A stretch of DNA of 64,000 nucleotides from a virus: positions 1 to 64,000 of the IMG/VR virus record IMGVR_UViG_3300025030_000050; one strand, given 5' to 3'. The notes under the pieces were generated by a model that ran no database searches, had not been told where the DNA came from, and saw nothing but the letters and a program-made list of their open reading frames with translations. The translations under genes and the position numbers were made by a program. Shown in pieces: positions 1 through 9,835 of the stretch. Positions within the stretch are counted from its first letter, which is position 1. The number at the start of each line of letters is the position of its first letter.

Positions 1-1
1 T

Positions 2-343
2 ATGGGTTATAATTCTACAGTTATCATTATGAATGATTGTTTAAATGAAATCAGAAAAGATCAAAGGTTCGGTGAAAAAGTTAGTGATGCTATTTTAAAA
101 TTAAACACAACATTAAACAAAGGAATTGATATAAGTTCTGGTTATTGTTGTAATGCCGCAACTGTGGTTGACTGTCATCATGCAGACAACACGTCTTTAA
201 TTGCTGTAGGTGGTAATTGCGCAAGTGTAATTCCATATGTTGGAGGTTCTGCTCACCATACCATAGAATCACAAGAAAGAATTTTGCGAGAATGGGCAGA
301 TAGAATGGGATTCAGACTAGTTAAGAAAACAATTAAAAGGTGA
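2..343 (+). CDS. hypothetical phage protein
   Basis: 113-aa ORF in a tightly packed + strand run; no recognisable motif. Confidence 0.6.
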   Translation: MGYNSTVIIMNDCLNEIRKDQRFGEKVSDAILKLNTTLNKGIDISSGYCCNAATVVDCHHADNTSLIAVGGNCASVIPYVGGSAHHTIESQERILREWADRMGFRLVKKTIKR

Positions 344-347
344 AGTT

Positions 348-725
348 ATGTATGAAATGGAATACAGGCACCTTATTCAAAAACGAGAAGATAGTTTAAT
401 CACTGCTTTTAATTTAAATAATCTTCAAGACAGAACTCTGTTATATGGATACGATTGCGCAAGAATAACTCATCATGTTTATTTGAAGAATCGTAAAATA
501 TATGCGGTGGTTTATGATTACAATAAAGAGTTGGTTATAAACAATATCCATAAAAATGAGGATTATGTTCCCAATAAAAGACTTTATCCGGCTAGATGTG
601 ATTTCGAATTTTGTTGTATTTTAAAAGATAAGGGCATATATTTACCTTTTACAACCTTTACTACAAGTGAAATGGGAGCTAAACCAGATGGTGTTTATTA
701 TGGCAGGATTTTAAATGAAAGTTAG
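348..725 (+). CDS. hypothetical phage protein
   Basis: 125-aa ORF, AGGTGA RBS upstream, overlaps the next gene. Confidence 0.6.
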   Translation: MYEMEYRHLIQKREDSLITAFNLNNLQDRTLLYGYDCARITHHVYLKNRKIYAVVYDYNKELVINNIHKNEDYVPNKRLYPARCDFEFCCILKDKGIYLPFTTFTTSEMGAKPDGVYYGRILNES

Positions 726-2064
726 TATTAAAATTTTAGACCCTACAACAATTCAGATCTTAGAAGGCCATGATATTGTCAAGAAATGCTTATCTTACCC
801 TTCTGAGATCTGGATTCAAACGCAATTTAAAAAACAACGAAAGGAGATAATCAAAGATTTCGTATGGGGGAGAAAGGAGAAATATACCTATACAGGTTTT
901 TTACCAAGAATTGAAAAATATTGCCAGAAAAGAGGAATTGAATTTGTTGTTACAGGCAATATAAAGCCATTGCCATATCATGAAGTAAATTTGCCTGATT
1001 TTGAAATAAGAGAAATTCAAAATCAGGCAATAACTAAAATTCATGAACAGCAACGGGGAGTCATTAATTTTGCAACTGGAATAGGCAAGACCAAAACAGT
1101 TGCGGCTTTAATTAGCACTTATAACGATCCTTATGTGCTTTTTTTATGCAGGTCTAACGACTTAGTAAATCAAGCATATGATGTATTTACTGGTTTTGGA
1201 TTCAGATGCTGCAAACTTGGTGACGGCAGTAAAGAAATTAGTGAAAAAATTGTGATTTCGACTGCTCAGACCTATAAAAACTTTGATTTAGTTGAACTTT
1301 CTGATAGGTTTCAAATTCTAGTTGTTGATGAAGCACATATTGGATTCAAACCCAATAGTGAATATGAAAAAATCTGTCAATCATGCCTGGCCCCAATTAG
1401 AATTGGATTGACAGCTACTTTGAGCCAAAAAATTGAAAATAGCTTGTTATTAGAAGGTTTAATTGGAGAGGTTTTAATTAAAGCCGATACGAGTTATGGA
1501 GTTGAGAACATGATATTGTCCAAACCAAGTATTGAACTTTTGGTTATACCTGAAAGCAAGAGTTTGAAAAAATACACAACGTATAAAGATATTTATAATT
1601 ACGGAATTGTAGAGAATAATATCAGACATAACATAATTTGTAATGCTGTTGAGAATGAAATAAAGTCAGGCAATTCTGTGCTGATTTTTTGCACTGAAAT
1701 AGAACATATAAGAAATATCGGCTTGGTTTTAAAACAAAGAAATATAGGTTTTGAAGTCGTTCATGGTGAAATCGGCACAGAAGAAAGAACTAGAATTAAA
1801 GACGAGTTAAATAATAAAAAGAATTTAGTCGTTATTTCTTCAGCCGTATGGTATCAGGGCCTTGACATCCCTAATCTTAACACCATTATTAATGCCAGCT
1901 CGGGTAAATCAAGCGAAGTCGTGATTCAAAAGGCAGGGCGGGCCTTGCGAGTCACAGAAGAAAAGAAAAGTGCTAAAATCTATGACTGCCTGGACCAGGG
2001 GAAATTTATTTCTAGCCACACAATTAAAAGAATTATTGCTTATAAAAATTTGGGATTTATGTAA
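715..2064 (+). CDS. superfamily 2 DNA helicase (UvsW/DEAH-like)
   Basis: Walker A FATGIGKT, VVDEAH, GLTAT, motif VI QKAGRALR. Confidence 0.9.
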   Translation: MKVSIKILDPTTIQILEGHDIVKKCLSYPSEIWIQTQFKKQRKEIIKDFVWGRKEKYTYTGFLPRIEKYCQKRGIEFVVTGNIKPLPYHEVNLPDFEIREIQNQAITKIHEQQRGVINFATGIGKTKTVAALISTYNDPYVLFLCRSNDLVNQAYDVFTGFGFRCCKLGDGSKEISEKIVISTAQTYKNFDLVELSDRFQILVVDEAHIGFKPNSEYEKICQSCLAPIRIGLTATLSQKIENSLLLEGLIGEVLIKADTSYGVENMILSKPSIELLVIPESKSLKKYTTYKDIYNYGIVENNIRHNIICNAVENEIKSGNSVLIFCTEIEHIRNIGLVLKQRNIGFEVVHGEIGTEERTRIKDELNNKKNLVVISSAVWYQGLDIPNLNTIINASSGKSSEVVIQKAGRALRVTEEKKSAKIYDCLDQGKFISSHTIKRIIAYKNLGFM

Positions 2065-2072
2065 GATTATGT

Positions 2073-2101
2073 TTGACTTAATCCGCTTTAAAGAGTATAA
2101 T
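2073..2101 (+). promoter_or_regulatory. sigma70-type promoter
   Basis: TTGACT-17nt-TATAAT in an intergenic gap. Confidence 0.8.
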
Positions 2102-2400
2102 TTATTTAAATCAGGTAATAACTGAAAACTTATGAATTTTCTGGAGATCTAAAATGTATATAAACCAAAAACCAGACACAGAATACCGGAATTGCTGCGA
2201 TGAAAACGAAGGAGATTGTCCGTATATGGTTATTAACAAATATGGCACAGAGTGTTGCAGCATCGACCATATCGTTCAAGTCAAGTGGTATGGGTGTACT
2301 CCTCAAGAAATAATTGATAAGGTTGCAAATAAAAAATCGCAACTCAATTATGTCTGAGTTCAAAAATGACCAAAAATTTGGGTTTTATGTAAGATTTTTG

Positions 2401-2429
2401 TTGCTTAAACTCTAATAATTTGATATAGT
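2401..2429 (+). promoter_or_regulatory. sigma70-type promoter
   Basis: TTGCTT-17nt-TATAGT just upstream of ATG 2438 (possibly leaderless). Confidence 0.55.
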
Positions 2430-2437
2430 GTTATTAA

Positions 2438-2626
2438 ATGAAAACGATAAAGAAAGTAAGATGTGTTAACAACAGTGGTGGTCAAGAGAATTTGCTTGTA
2501 ATTGGGAAGACTTATGACGTAATTTGGGAAGACGAATTTTTATATTATATTTCTACTGATCAGATCTGGATTGGAGTTTTCTTAAAATATCGTTTTGAAG
2601 AATTGGGTGAATGTTATGGCGCGTAG
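2438..2626 (+). CDS. small SH3-like phage protein (KVRCVNN..L.IGK.Y module)
   Basis: 62-aa ORF; the same module recurs inside ORF 9836..10885. Confidence 0.55.
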   Translation: MKTIKKVRCVNNSGGQENLLVIGKTYDVIWEDEFLYYISTDQIWIGVFLKYRFEELGECYGA

Positions 2627-3434
2627 AAAATTAACAGAAGAAGAGAAAAATGCCAAGTTCCAGAAAAGTATTGAAGAAAGACAAGCTTTCGATATTGCTG
2701 AAATGAGAAAAATGTATATAAATACTCCAACTATTCTTTATTCTGTTGGAGAGCAAATTATTTATGGCGCTGCTCATCCTAATGCAGAAATTGTAGAAGT
2801 TTATGACGATGGCAAATTTTATAAAATCAGGGTTTGGGGCAACTATAAAGAATACCATAATACTGTTTATAGAGAAGTAATTAGAATAGTGTCTTGGAAT
2901 GATATTGAAAAGTTTAGGACAAAAGAACAAAATGACGATATCGAAATTTTTACACAAGACGATGAATTACAATTAAGTTATTTTCAAACTACAATGAGAA
3001 CTATATTTGGGAAAGTATATCATTTTGGACTTGATATGAATCCAGAATACCAAAGAGGCAATGTCTGGAATTTAGAAGATAAACGCAAATTAATTGATTC
3101 TATTTTTAAAAATATCGACATAGGAAAATTTGTTTTCGTTTATTTACCTTATGAAAAGGATTGTAAAGGCTATGAAGTATTAGATGGCAAACAAAGAATA
3201 AATGCTATTGTTGAATTTTTTGAAGACAGGTTTAGTTTTAATGGTAAGAAATATTCTGAGCTGAATTGGAGAGATCAAGGCCATTTCGAACATTACGGCA
3301 TTAGTGTTGCTGAAATCAAAAATGCAACTCCAAAACAGAAACTACTGTATTTCTTAAAGCTAAATACAGGTGGCAGACTTGTAGATCCGAAGCATTTAGA
3401 ATATGTTCAAAAACTTTACGATATGGAAGGCTGA
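2616..3434 (+). CDS. DUF262 (ParB/Srx-like, GmrS-type) domain protein
   Basis: PEYQRGNVW and VLDGKQR motifs; ATG at 2616 preferred over the track start. Confidence 0.8.
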   Translation: MARRKLTEEEKNAKFQKSIEERQAFDIAEMRKMYINTPTILYSVGEQIIYGAAHPNAEIVEVYDDGKFYKIRVWGNYKEYHNTVYREVIRIVSWNDIEKFRTKEQNDDIEIFTQDDELQLSYFQTTMRTIFGKVYHFGLDMNPEYQRGNVWNLEDKRKLIDSIFKNIDIGKFVFVYLPYEKDCKGYEVLDGKQRINAIVEFFEDRFSFNGKKYSELNWRDQGHFEHYGISVAEIKNATPKQKLLYFLKLNTGGRLVDPKHLEYVQKLYDMEG

Positions 3435-3435
3435 A

Positions 3436-3891
3436 ATGGAAACGAAAAAGTGTGACATTTGCAATGTTAGATACAAAATAAAAGATGGGCATACTTGCGA
3501 CCCAATTTTCTTAATTGAACTAAAAGAAGAAAAATTTAAAAATGAAAAACTATTTAAATTAACTGATATTGTTGATGCAATTGGTCAAAAAATTATAGAC
3601 ATTCATCTTAACTCTTCAGATTATTTATCAATTTCTTTAGATAATGGTAAAATTTTATTATTTCAACTAAAACAAGATGAATACGAAAACACTTACGGTT
3701 TATATAATGTCACAAATTTCCCCGATATTCACTGTTATCAACTGGAAAGCATTGGGTTTTATTCTGCTGAAGAATGTGCAGAAATAGTAAAACTTAAAAG
3801 CGAAAAAGACAAACTGTTTAGAGAAGCCCATGAAAGAAATCTGTATTTACGACTAAAAGCTAAATTTGGTGAAATAAATGCAAGTACTTAA
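3436..3891 (+). CDS. hypothetical protein
   Basis: ORF following the DUF262 gene. Confidence 0.55.
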   Translation: METKKCDICNVRYKIKDGHTCDPIFLIELKEEKFKNEKLFKLTDIVDAIGQKIIDIHLNSSDYLSISLDNGKILLFQLKQDEYENTYGLYNVTNFPDIHCYQLESIGFYSAEECAEIVKLKSEKDKLFREAHERNLYLRLKAKFGEINAST

Positions 3892-4063
3892 AATCGTCTT
3901 TAATATCTTTATACTGACTCCAATTAAATTTTCTCTATTCATTTTGTCATTACCTATTATTCTTTTTATACTATTTACAGGTTATGACAAGCACGGAATA
4001 ATTGAAAAATGGCTAGATTTCTGTTTTGATTTTAAAATCTAAATATAACAAACAGGTGATGAC

Positions 4064-4468
4064 ATCCAAACTTTTCTACCTTATAAAAATTTTAAACAGA
4101 CTGCCGAGTGTTTAGATTATAAAAGATTAGGTAAGCAACGTGTAGAGGCTATGCAAATTCTCAGCACTCTTACAGTTAATAAAAATTCGAGATGGAGAAA
4201 TCATCCTGCGGTTAAGATGTGGGCAGGACATGAAGGAATGCTCGAACAATATAAAAACACCATGATTGAAGAATGGAAAGCAAGAGGTTATAACAACACA
4301 ATGGCCGTCACAAATGAATTTCAAAATAATTTGACTATGCCGTCATGGATTACAGACGAATTTTGTATTGCACATAGATCCAACCTTTTAAGAAAAGACC
4401 GTCAATACTATAGTAAGTTTAATTGGAATATTGGTTCAGACTTACCTTATATCTGGCCTGTAGGGTGA
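4064..4468 (+). CDS. pyrimidine-dimer DNA glycosylase-like (DenV/MSMEG_6728 family)
   Basis: (I)QTFLPY..LDYKRLGKQRVEA.QIL, W.NHPAVKMWAG, HRSNLLRKD, LPYIWP; the conserved N-terminus lies upstream of the tracked ATG and begins at ATC 4064. Confidence 0.85.
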   Translation: MQTFLPYKNFKQTAECLDYKRLGKQRVEAMQILSTLTVNKNSRWRNHPAVKMWAGHEGMLEQYKNTMIEEWKARGYNNTMAVTNEFQNNLTMPSWITDEFCIAHRSNLLRKDRQYYSKFNWNIGSDLPYIWPVG

Positions 4469-4473
4469 TTAAA

Positions 4474-5175
4474 ATGAGTAGAATATTTGTAACTGGAGAT
4501 ACACATGGAGATTTTACCAGATTTTCAGGAAAGAATTGGAAAATAGGGAAAGATCTTACTAAAGCCGATTTCGTTATTATTTGTGGTGACTTTGGCGGCA
4601 TATGGCTAAATACTCCAGATAGAAATGAAATGTATTGGCTAAATTGGTTATCAGATAAACCCTGGACAACTCTTTTTGTAGATGGAAATCACGAAAATTT
4701 TATCAGATTAAATAAACTCGAACAAGTACCAATGTTTGGAGATATTGTAGGAAAAGCAAGTGATTCTATTTTTCATCTTAAAAGAGGCAGAGTTTATACA
4801 ATAAATGGTTTGAAATTTTTTACCATGGGAGGAGCGAAAAGTATTGATAAAAATAGAAGAATGGAGTATATATCATGGTGGCCTGATGAAGAACCGAATT
4901 GGGAAGAACTGGACTTGGGATTATCTAATTTGGGAAACCATGGCTTTGAAGTTGATTACATTATTGCCCATACCGCACCTACTGAAGTGATTAAAAGATT
5001 AGGTAATATTTGTAGAGTTAGTTTTGGAGATAAATTAGAAAATCTGAACAAATATTTTGAAGTAGTATGCTATAGAACTGGCTTCACTAAATTTTGGTTT
5101 GGGCATTTCCATGAAGATGAGAATATCGATGGAATTTATCATTCACTTTACACAGATATAGTTAAAATTAAATAA
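4474..5175 (+). CDS. calcineurin-like metallophosphoesterase
   Basis: GDTHG, CGDFG, DGNHEN, HT, FGHFH motifs. Confidence 0.9.
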   Translation: MSRIFVTGDTHGDFTRFSGKNWKIGKDLTKADFVIICGDFGGIWLNTPDRNEMYWLNWLSDKPWTTLFVDGNHENFIRLNKLEQVPMFGDIVGKASDSIFHLKRGRVYTINGLKFFTMGGAKSIDKNRRMEYISWWPDEEPNWEELDLGLSNLGNHGFEVDYIIAHTAPTEVIKRLGNICRVSFGDKLENLNKYFEVVCYRTGFTKFWFGHFHEDENIDGIYHSLYTDIVKIK

Positions 5176-5186
5176 AAGGAGAAGTT

Positions 5187-5477
5187 ATGAAAAATGTTAA
5201 TATCCCAATTGAAATTGATGGAAAAGAATATGCAATTCAAGCCGATTCAAGTAGTTGGATAATTGCGGAAAAAATGATCAGGAAAAATAAAGAAACAAAA
5301 GAAGAAGAAATTTATTATAATGGACGTTGGTTTTATGGCAAAATCGAGACCTTACTTAATAATCTATTAGAGAGAAAATTAAGAAAAAGCGATGCCCAGA
5401 CTTTAGCTGAATTGCAATCAAATTTAAAAGCAATTAGAAATGAACTAAAACAAGCTTGGGATACAGGTATTATTTAA
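5187..5477 (+). CDS. hypothetical protein
   Basis: AAGGAG RBS, 96 aa. Confidence 0.6.
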   Translation: MKNVNIPIEIDGKEYAIQADSSSWIIAEKMIRKNKETKEEEIYYNGRWFYGKIETLLNNLLERKLRKSDAQTLAELQSNLKAIRNELKQAWDTGII

Positions 5478-5592
5478 ACGCCTGTACGATCAATTGCGAT
5501 GCCATAATAGAGCGATTTGAAAATTTATGATATCCTAGAACGTCTGGATTTAAAAACGTCTGTATAACGCTTATAACGGCCTAGAATTTAGG
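5478..5592 (+). repeat. dispersed periodic intergenic element, copy A
   Basis: GCGAT-N12-core14-N8-TAAAAACGTC with GC patches about every 10-11 bp; related to copies at 9.75 kb and 48.3 kb. Confidence 0.55.
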
Positions 5593-5995
5593 AATGAAAA
5601 TATGAACTTCCCAATAGTTAAAATACATGAAAGAGAAATTATTGTAAGAGAGGCTGATTTAGAATTTACAACGATGATTGGTAAAATAATTAAAAAATAT
5701 GATTTAACTTACAGTGAAGAATTACGCATACTAAGTGACAGATTGCAAAGCATGGCAAAGTATATGATTAGAGAAGAAAGACATCCAGGAGAAATAAATA
5801 AACCTGGTGGCTTAGAATGAAAACATTATATTGTCAGGGTTGTAGTACCAAAGTGATGGAAATCATGGAAGGCAGTAAAATTAAAAAAGGAGCTGTTGTT
5901 TTATGCTCAAATTGCGAGATTAAGAGAAAGGCATCTGATTTGGCAAAGAAAACGTCAAAGAATGAATTTGGCGACATATTTGGAGGAATATTTAA

Positions 5996-6186
5996 ATGAA
6001 AACATATGTTGTAGATTTTCACATGAAGTCAGGCAAAACAATTGCTGTCAAAAATGTTGAAAAATATAAATTTGAATATTTAAAGATGGAAAAATAGAGT
6101 CATATGAGATATACCAGGCTGAGAAAAAAGATCCAATATTTTTCAAAATTGATTTAGACCAAATTGAAGCCGTTACAGTAAATTAA
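5996..6186 (+). pseudogene. small phage gene interrupted by a -1 frameshift
   Basis: MKTYVVDFHMKSG...FEYLK continues in the -1 frame as DGKIESYEI...IDLDQIEAVTVN; T_TTA_AAG at 6079-6085. Confidence 0.6.
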
Positions 6187-6437
6187 AAAGGAATAATATG
6201 AAAACAAAACTAAAACTAGAAAATTGGGAAGTGGTAAGTGCAAGCAATGGCGTAAATATTAGACTTATGGGAAAGATTTTCGGACATAAAAATTTTCATG
6301 ACGATACAAATATTTACACAAGTTTTTTAACAGGAAAAGAAGGCGAATCAGTCCTGGCAAGTAACGGCTCTGTATACGAATTAGGAGAACCTAGTCGGAA
6401 ATATGCAAATAAGGTTAAAGACGCAAAACAGAATTTG

Positions 6438-6466
6438 TTGAATTTATTTAAATAATTTGTTATAAA
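6438..6466 (+). promoter_or_regulatory. sigma70-type promoter
   Basis: TTGAAT-17nt-TATAAA with TG extension. Confidence 0.5.
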
Positions 6467-6930
6467 TATTAAGAGTTTCTAATTATGTGTGAATGTGGAA
6501 GTGAATATAATCAGCCATATTGTCCACTAGTTGGGTGGAAATGTAAAAAATGTGGAGAAATTATAATTGAAAATCCAATTAAAGTTTTAGAAATGTATGC
6601 CGAATCCGTAATGAATATGAATAGAGCAAACGGTAAAGAAATTAAATCAATTTGTTTAAAACTAAGAACTCTTATCGGGTGATGTTATGGACATTGCAAG
6701 AATAGGTTTGTCATGCGGAAGACTTTATTTAGAAGTTTCTTCTATTATTGTCGCAATGGAGGGTGATGTATGCAGAGATTCAACTATACCTGAAAAATAT
6801 CGGACTCCTGTAATTAAAATTGATGGCAAACCAATTGAACTTGTAAGGTATTTTGGAGGATCGGCATGGAATGAAGAAATGTTAGAATATGTTAGGGATA
6901 AAATAAATTTGTCTGTAAAAGGAGATTAAT

Positions 6931-7281
6931 ATGAACAACTTAACCTTAGAAGAACTGAAAATTAAAAGAGATTGTCTCCAATTAGAAATAGAAGAAATTG
7001 GCGAACAAATTAATAAGAAATTAAGCCAGACTTTAGTTAGGTGTGAAAGCAATAATTACGGCAGTGGGTGCAAAATGGGTTATGAGATTAAGGAATTGAC
7101 CTATATCCAAACTCATTGGTATGAAGAGCCTTATAGTTGTAATGGCGGAGACATATGGCATGCAGGAGAAGGAAATTTTATTTGTCCGAATTGCGGTCAT
7201 AGAAACAGGTTGTACAATAGAAAAGAAATTGAAAAACTCAGGCCACTATTTAAAAATATTGTAGAATTTTATGAAAAGTGA
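6931..7281 (+). CDS. hypothetical zinc-finger protein
   Basis: AAGGAG RBS; CPNCG motif. Confidence 0.6.
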   Translation: MNNLTLEELKIKRDCLQLEIEEIGEQINKKLSQTLVRCESNNYGSGCKMGYEIKELTYIQTHWYEEPYSCNGGDIWHAGEGNFICPNCGHRNRLYNRKEIEKLRPLFKNIVEFYEK

Positions 7282-7769
7282 GATATTAGCATGGAAGAAT
7301 ATGATATAATTATATCTATATTTAGAGAATCTGAAATGTACAGAGAAATTGAAAAAATATTTGATCCCGATTCTATACCAGATTTTGAAGATGATTTTTA
7401 TAATATATATAAAAAAATCGAAAAAGAAATAAAAGAAATAAAAGAAATAAGAGAATGTTAGTATGAAAGAATACAATATCGATGATTTAGAAGCCGCACT
7501 TCTTGATGCAATAAATCCTGATTGGAATGCTGAAGATATCATGTATTTTTGTGACCTGAGTATTGAAAGATCAATTGAAATCAGCAATCTTTTAAAACAA
7601 GTCAGACAAAATTATGACAAAAGACATGGGATTAAGGAATGAATTAAAATGACCGGAGAAGAACTAGACAAATATTTGAACAAGTAAATAGAAGGAAATA
7701 AATTAAAAGCAGTTTAAGTATTATTAAAGTTTCTATCTAATTATTCCGATAAGAAATAAAGGAGATATT

Positions 7770-7952
7770 ATGACAAAATCTGATTTTGAAAATTTTAGGA
7801 AACAAATTGGATGGAATAAAAAAGAAATGGCAAATAGACTCAAGGTTTCAGAACAAACAGTTAATGCTTATTCAAAGGGTAAAACACCCATTCCCGGCCC
7901 AGTTTGTCAACTTATTAAGGAATGGAAGGAAAGGTTTAAATTAGAGGAGTGA
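7770..7952 (+). CDS. Xre/Cro-like HTH DNA-binding protein
   Basis: FRKQIGWNKKEMANRLKVSEQTVNAYSKGKTPIP HTH pattern; AAGGAG RBS. Confidence 0.85.
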   Translation: MTKSDFENFRKQIGWNKKEMANRLKVSEQTVNAYSKGKTPIPGPVCQLIKEWKERFKLEE

Positions 7953-7961
7953 AATAAATTA

Positions 7962-9443
7962 ATGGAAGAAGCGAATGAAGATTTAAAACATGAGTGGGGT
8001 ATGCCGTCTATTGGCATACCATCAGAAATATTATTCAACCCTGTTTTTTCACCAGTAGAAAAATTATTATACGGTTTTATAAGAAACTTGTCCTCTCAGC
8101 CCAATGGATGTTATGCCACAAATGGTTATTTAGGCAAATTAGTTGGAATATCAAAAAATTCTGTTTCAAGAACAATATCCAGACTAAAAATAGCGAAATA
8201 CATTGTAATTGAAAACACGATATCAAATGGTTTTAATAAAAGAACAATAAGAATAAATAATAATTCCAAAGAAATTTATACATCTCTAACTAATTTAATC
8301 CATAAAGAAATAAAAAAATGTAACGATTGGCATAATAACGAAGAAATACAAAAGATTGCAATGGGATTATCAGGTGTGGTTATGGGGTTATCACCAGGGA
8401 GTACCCCCCTACTCACCAGGGAGTACCCCCCTACTCACCAGGGAGTACCCCCCTACTCACCAGGGAGTACCATTGAAGAAGATAGTAAAAGAGATAGTAA
8501 AGAAGATAGTAAAATTGTTTCTAAAGAAACAAAGACAGACTCTGACAAGTCTGATTGCCTGGCCTTGATTTTACCACTTGTTGAAAATAAGGCCAGAGTT
8601 GAAAATAATAACAATGTTGAAACCAAGGACAAAGTTGAAACCAAAACAAAACCATTGACAAGGAAATTAAAACAAGTTGTAGAAAACAAGACAAAGCCGG
8701 TTAAAGTTTCAGAGAATATAAAAAGAATCTTAGATTTTTGGAAATTAAGTGGTTTGATCAAACATAGTGAAGTATCAAAGACCGTATTAAATGCAGATAA
8801 CATTGTAAAAAAACTAAAGGCTGGAACTTTTTTTAATAATAGTGAATTTGATAAATATAAAAATAAAGCATTTAGCGAACAAGAAATTATAGACGCAATC
8901 AAAAATTTCGCCTTAGCTTGTACAAATTACGACTACCAGCCCATGGGGGAATATAAAGAATATTTGAGAAAGAAAATAGGAATTGATATTTTCTTTTATA
9001 ACCCAAGAGCTGTCAAAGACAAATCTTTATTTATAAAATATTTTGAAAACGCTCCTGTTCTTGTCAAAGAAGAAAACAGACTTGCTGCTGACGACGATCC
9101 TAAAACAACAGAAATCATAAAACAGTTTTGGATAAATAAAGTTTTGGGTGGAATCGTTCCAGTTGAATGGAGCAAACAAGACTTGAATAGTTTTAGACGC
9201 ACATCAAATTTCTTGACAAAATTTTATAAATCGAATATAAAGAAAATGAACGCAGAGTTTGGGCTGAAAGGTGATGACGTTGTGTCGAAAAGAAATAGGG
9301 TTGAACTTTTGTTTGAAGCTATTTTAAATGACGTAAATGACGATACGAGCAAAATAAGTCCGGGCTGGTTGTGTTCAACCACAACCATGACAAAAAGATT
9401 ACCAGCATATTTATTCGCTCAAAATATTATCGAAGAGGATTAA
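7962..9443 (+). CDS. replication initiator (N-terminal winged HTH, lambda O-like architecture)
   Basis: IP.EIL....SPVEKLLYG...GCYATNGYLGKLVGISKNSVSRTISRL wHTH; internal iteron array; lies upstream of helicase and primase. Confidence 0.75.
   Translation: MEEANEDLKHEWGMPSIGIPSEILFNPVFSPVEKLLYGFIRNLSSQPNGCYATNGYLGKLVGISKNSVSRTISRLKIAKYIVIENTISNGFNKRTIRINNNSKEIYTSLTNLIHKEIKKCNDWHNNEEIQKIAMGLSGVVMGLSPGSTPLLTREYPPTHQGVPPYSPGSTIEEDSKRDSKEDSKIVSKETKTDSDKSDCLALILPLVENKARVENNNNVETKDKVETKTKPLTRKLKQVVENKTKPVKVSENIKRILDFWKLSGLIKHSEVSKTVLNADNIVKKLKAGTFFNNSEFDKYKNKAFSEQEIIDAIKNFALACTNYDYQPMGEYKEYLRKKIGIDIFFYNPRAVKDKSLFIKYFENAPVLVKEENRLAADDDPKTTEIIKQFWINKVLGGIVPVEWSKQDLNSFRRTSNFLTKFYKSNIKKMNAEFGLKGDDVVSKRNRVELLFEAILNDVNDDTSKISPGWLCSTTTMTKRLPAYLFAQNIIEED
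8391..8471 (+). repeat. 22-bp direct repeats (iterons), probable replication origin
   Basis: TCACCAGGGAGTACCCCCCTAC starting at 8391, 8413, 8435 and (partial) 8457; followed by A-rich GATAGTAAA x3. Confidence 0.85.
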
Positions 9444-9461
9444 ACTAAAAGGAGAAATAAA

Positions 9462-9713
9462 ATGGGATATGATGCAGAAGGACAGGTTTTGATTCCTAGT
9501 GAAGATTTTTGGCAATTTGTTGGGAAATACTTGCCTAATCCAAATGGTGCAGAAATTTTATTTGGTGTGCCTAGAATGGATAAGGAAGGGATAGATATGG
9601 TAGTTTCATACGCTTTATCAACAATATGTCATCCCATAGATTGGGCCGTAAAAAGTAAGGCTGATGAGGAATGGAAAGATTATAAAAAGACTGGAGTTTT
9701 AAAAATAGTTTAA
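9462..9713 (+). CDS. hypothetical protein
   Basis: AAGGAG RBS, 83 aa. Confidence 0.6.
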   Translation: MGYDAEGQVLIPSEDFWQFVGKYLPNPNGAEILFGVPRMDKEGIDMVVSYALSTICHPIDWAVKSKADEEWKDYKKTGVLKIV

Positions 9714-9825
9714 ATTGTCAAATGCTTTCGGTTTAAGACGTTTTTAAAGTCTGGCATAGTCAGGTATGGAAAACTTTTAAAAACATCGCCACGGGCCTAA
9801 TAGGTGCCTTTAAGCACGGTTTAAA
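9714..9825 (-). repeat. dispersed periodic intergenic element, copy B (inverted)
   Basis: reverse complement reads CATACCTGACTATG-N8-TAAAAACGTCTTAAA, matching 48312-48348. Confidence 0.7.
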
Positions 9826-9835
9826 TTTAATAACA

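Noticed and set aside
7422-7450. AAAAGAAAT x3 repeat
   Set aside because: An in-frame KEI microsatellite at the end of a small ORF; no sign of function.
8391-8471. CRISPR array
   Set aside because: The repeats are contiguous with no spacers and lie inside a CDS; no cas genes are present.
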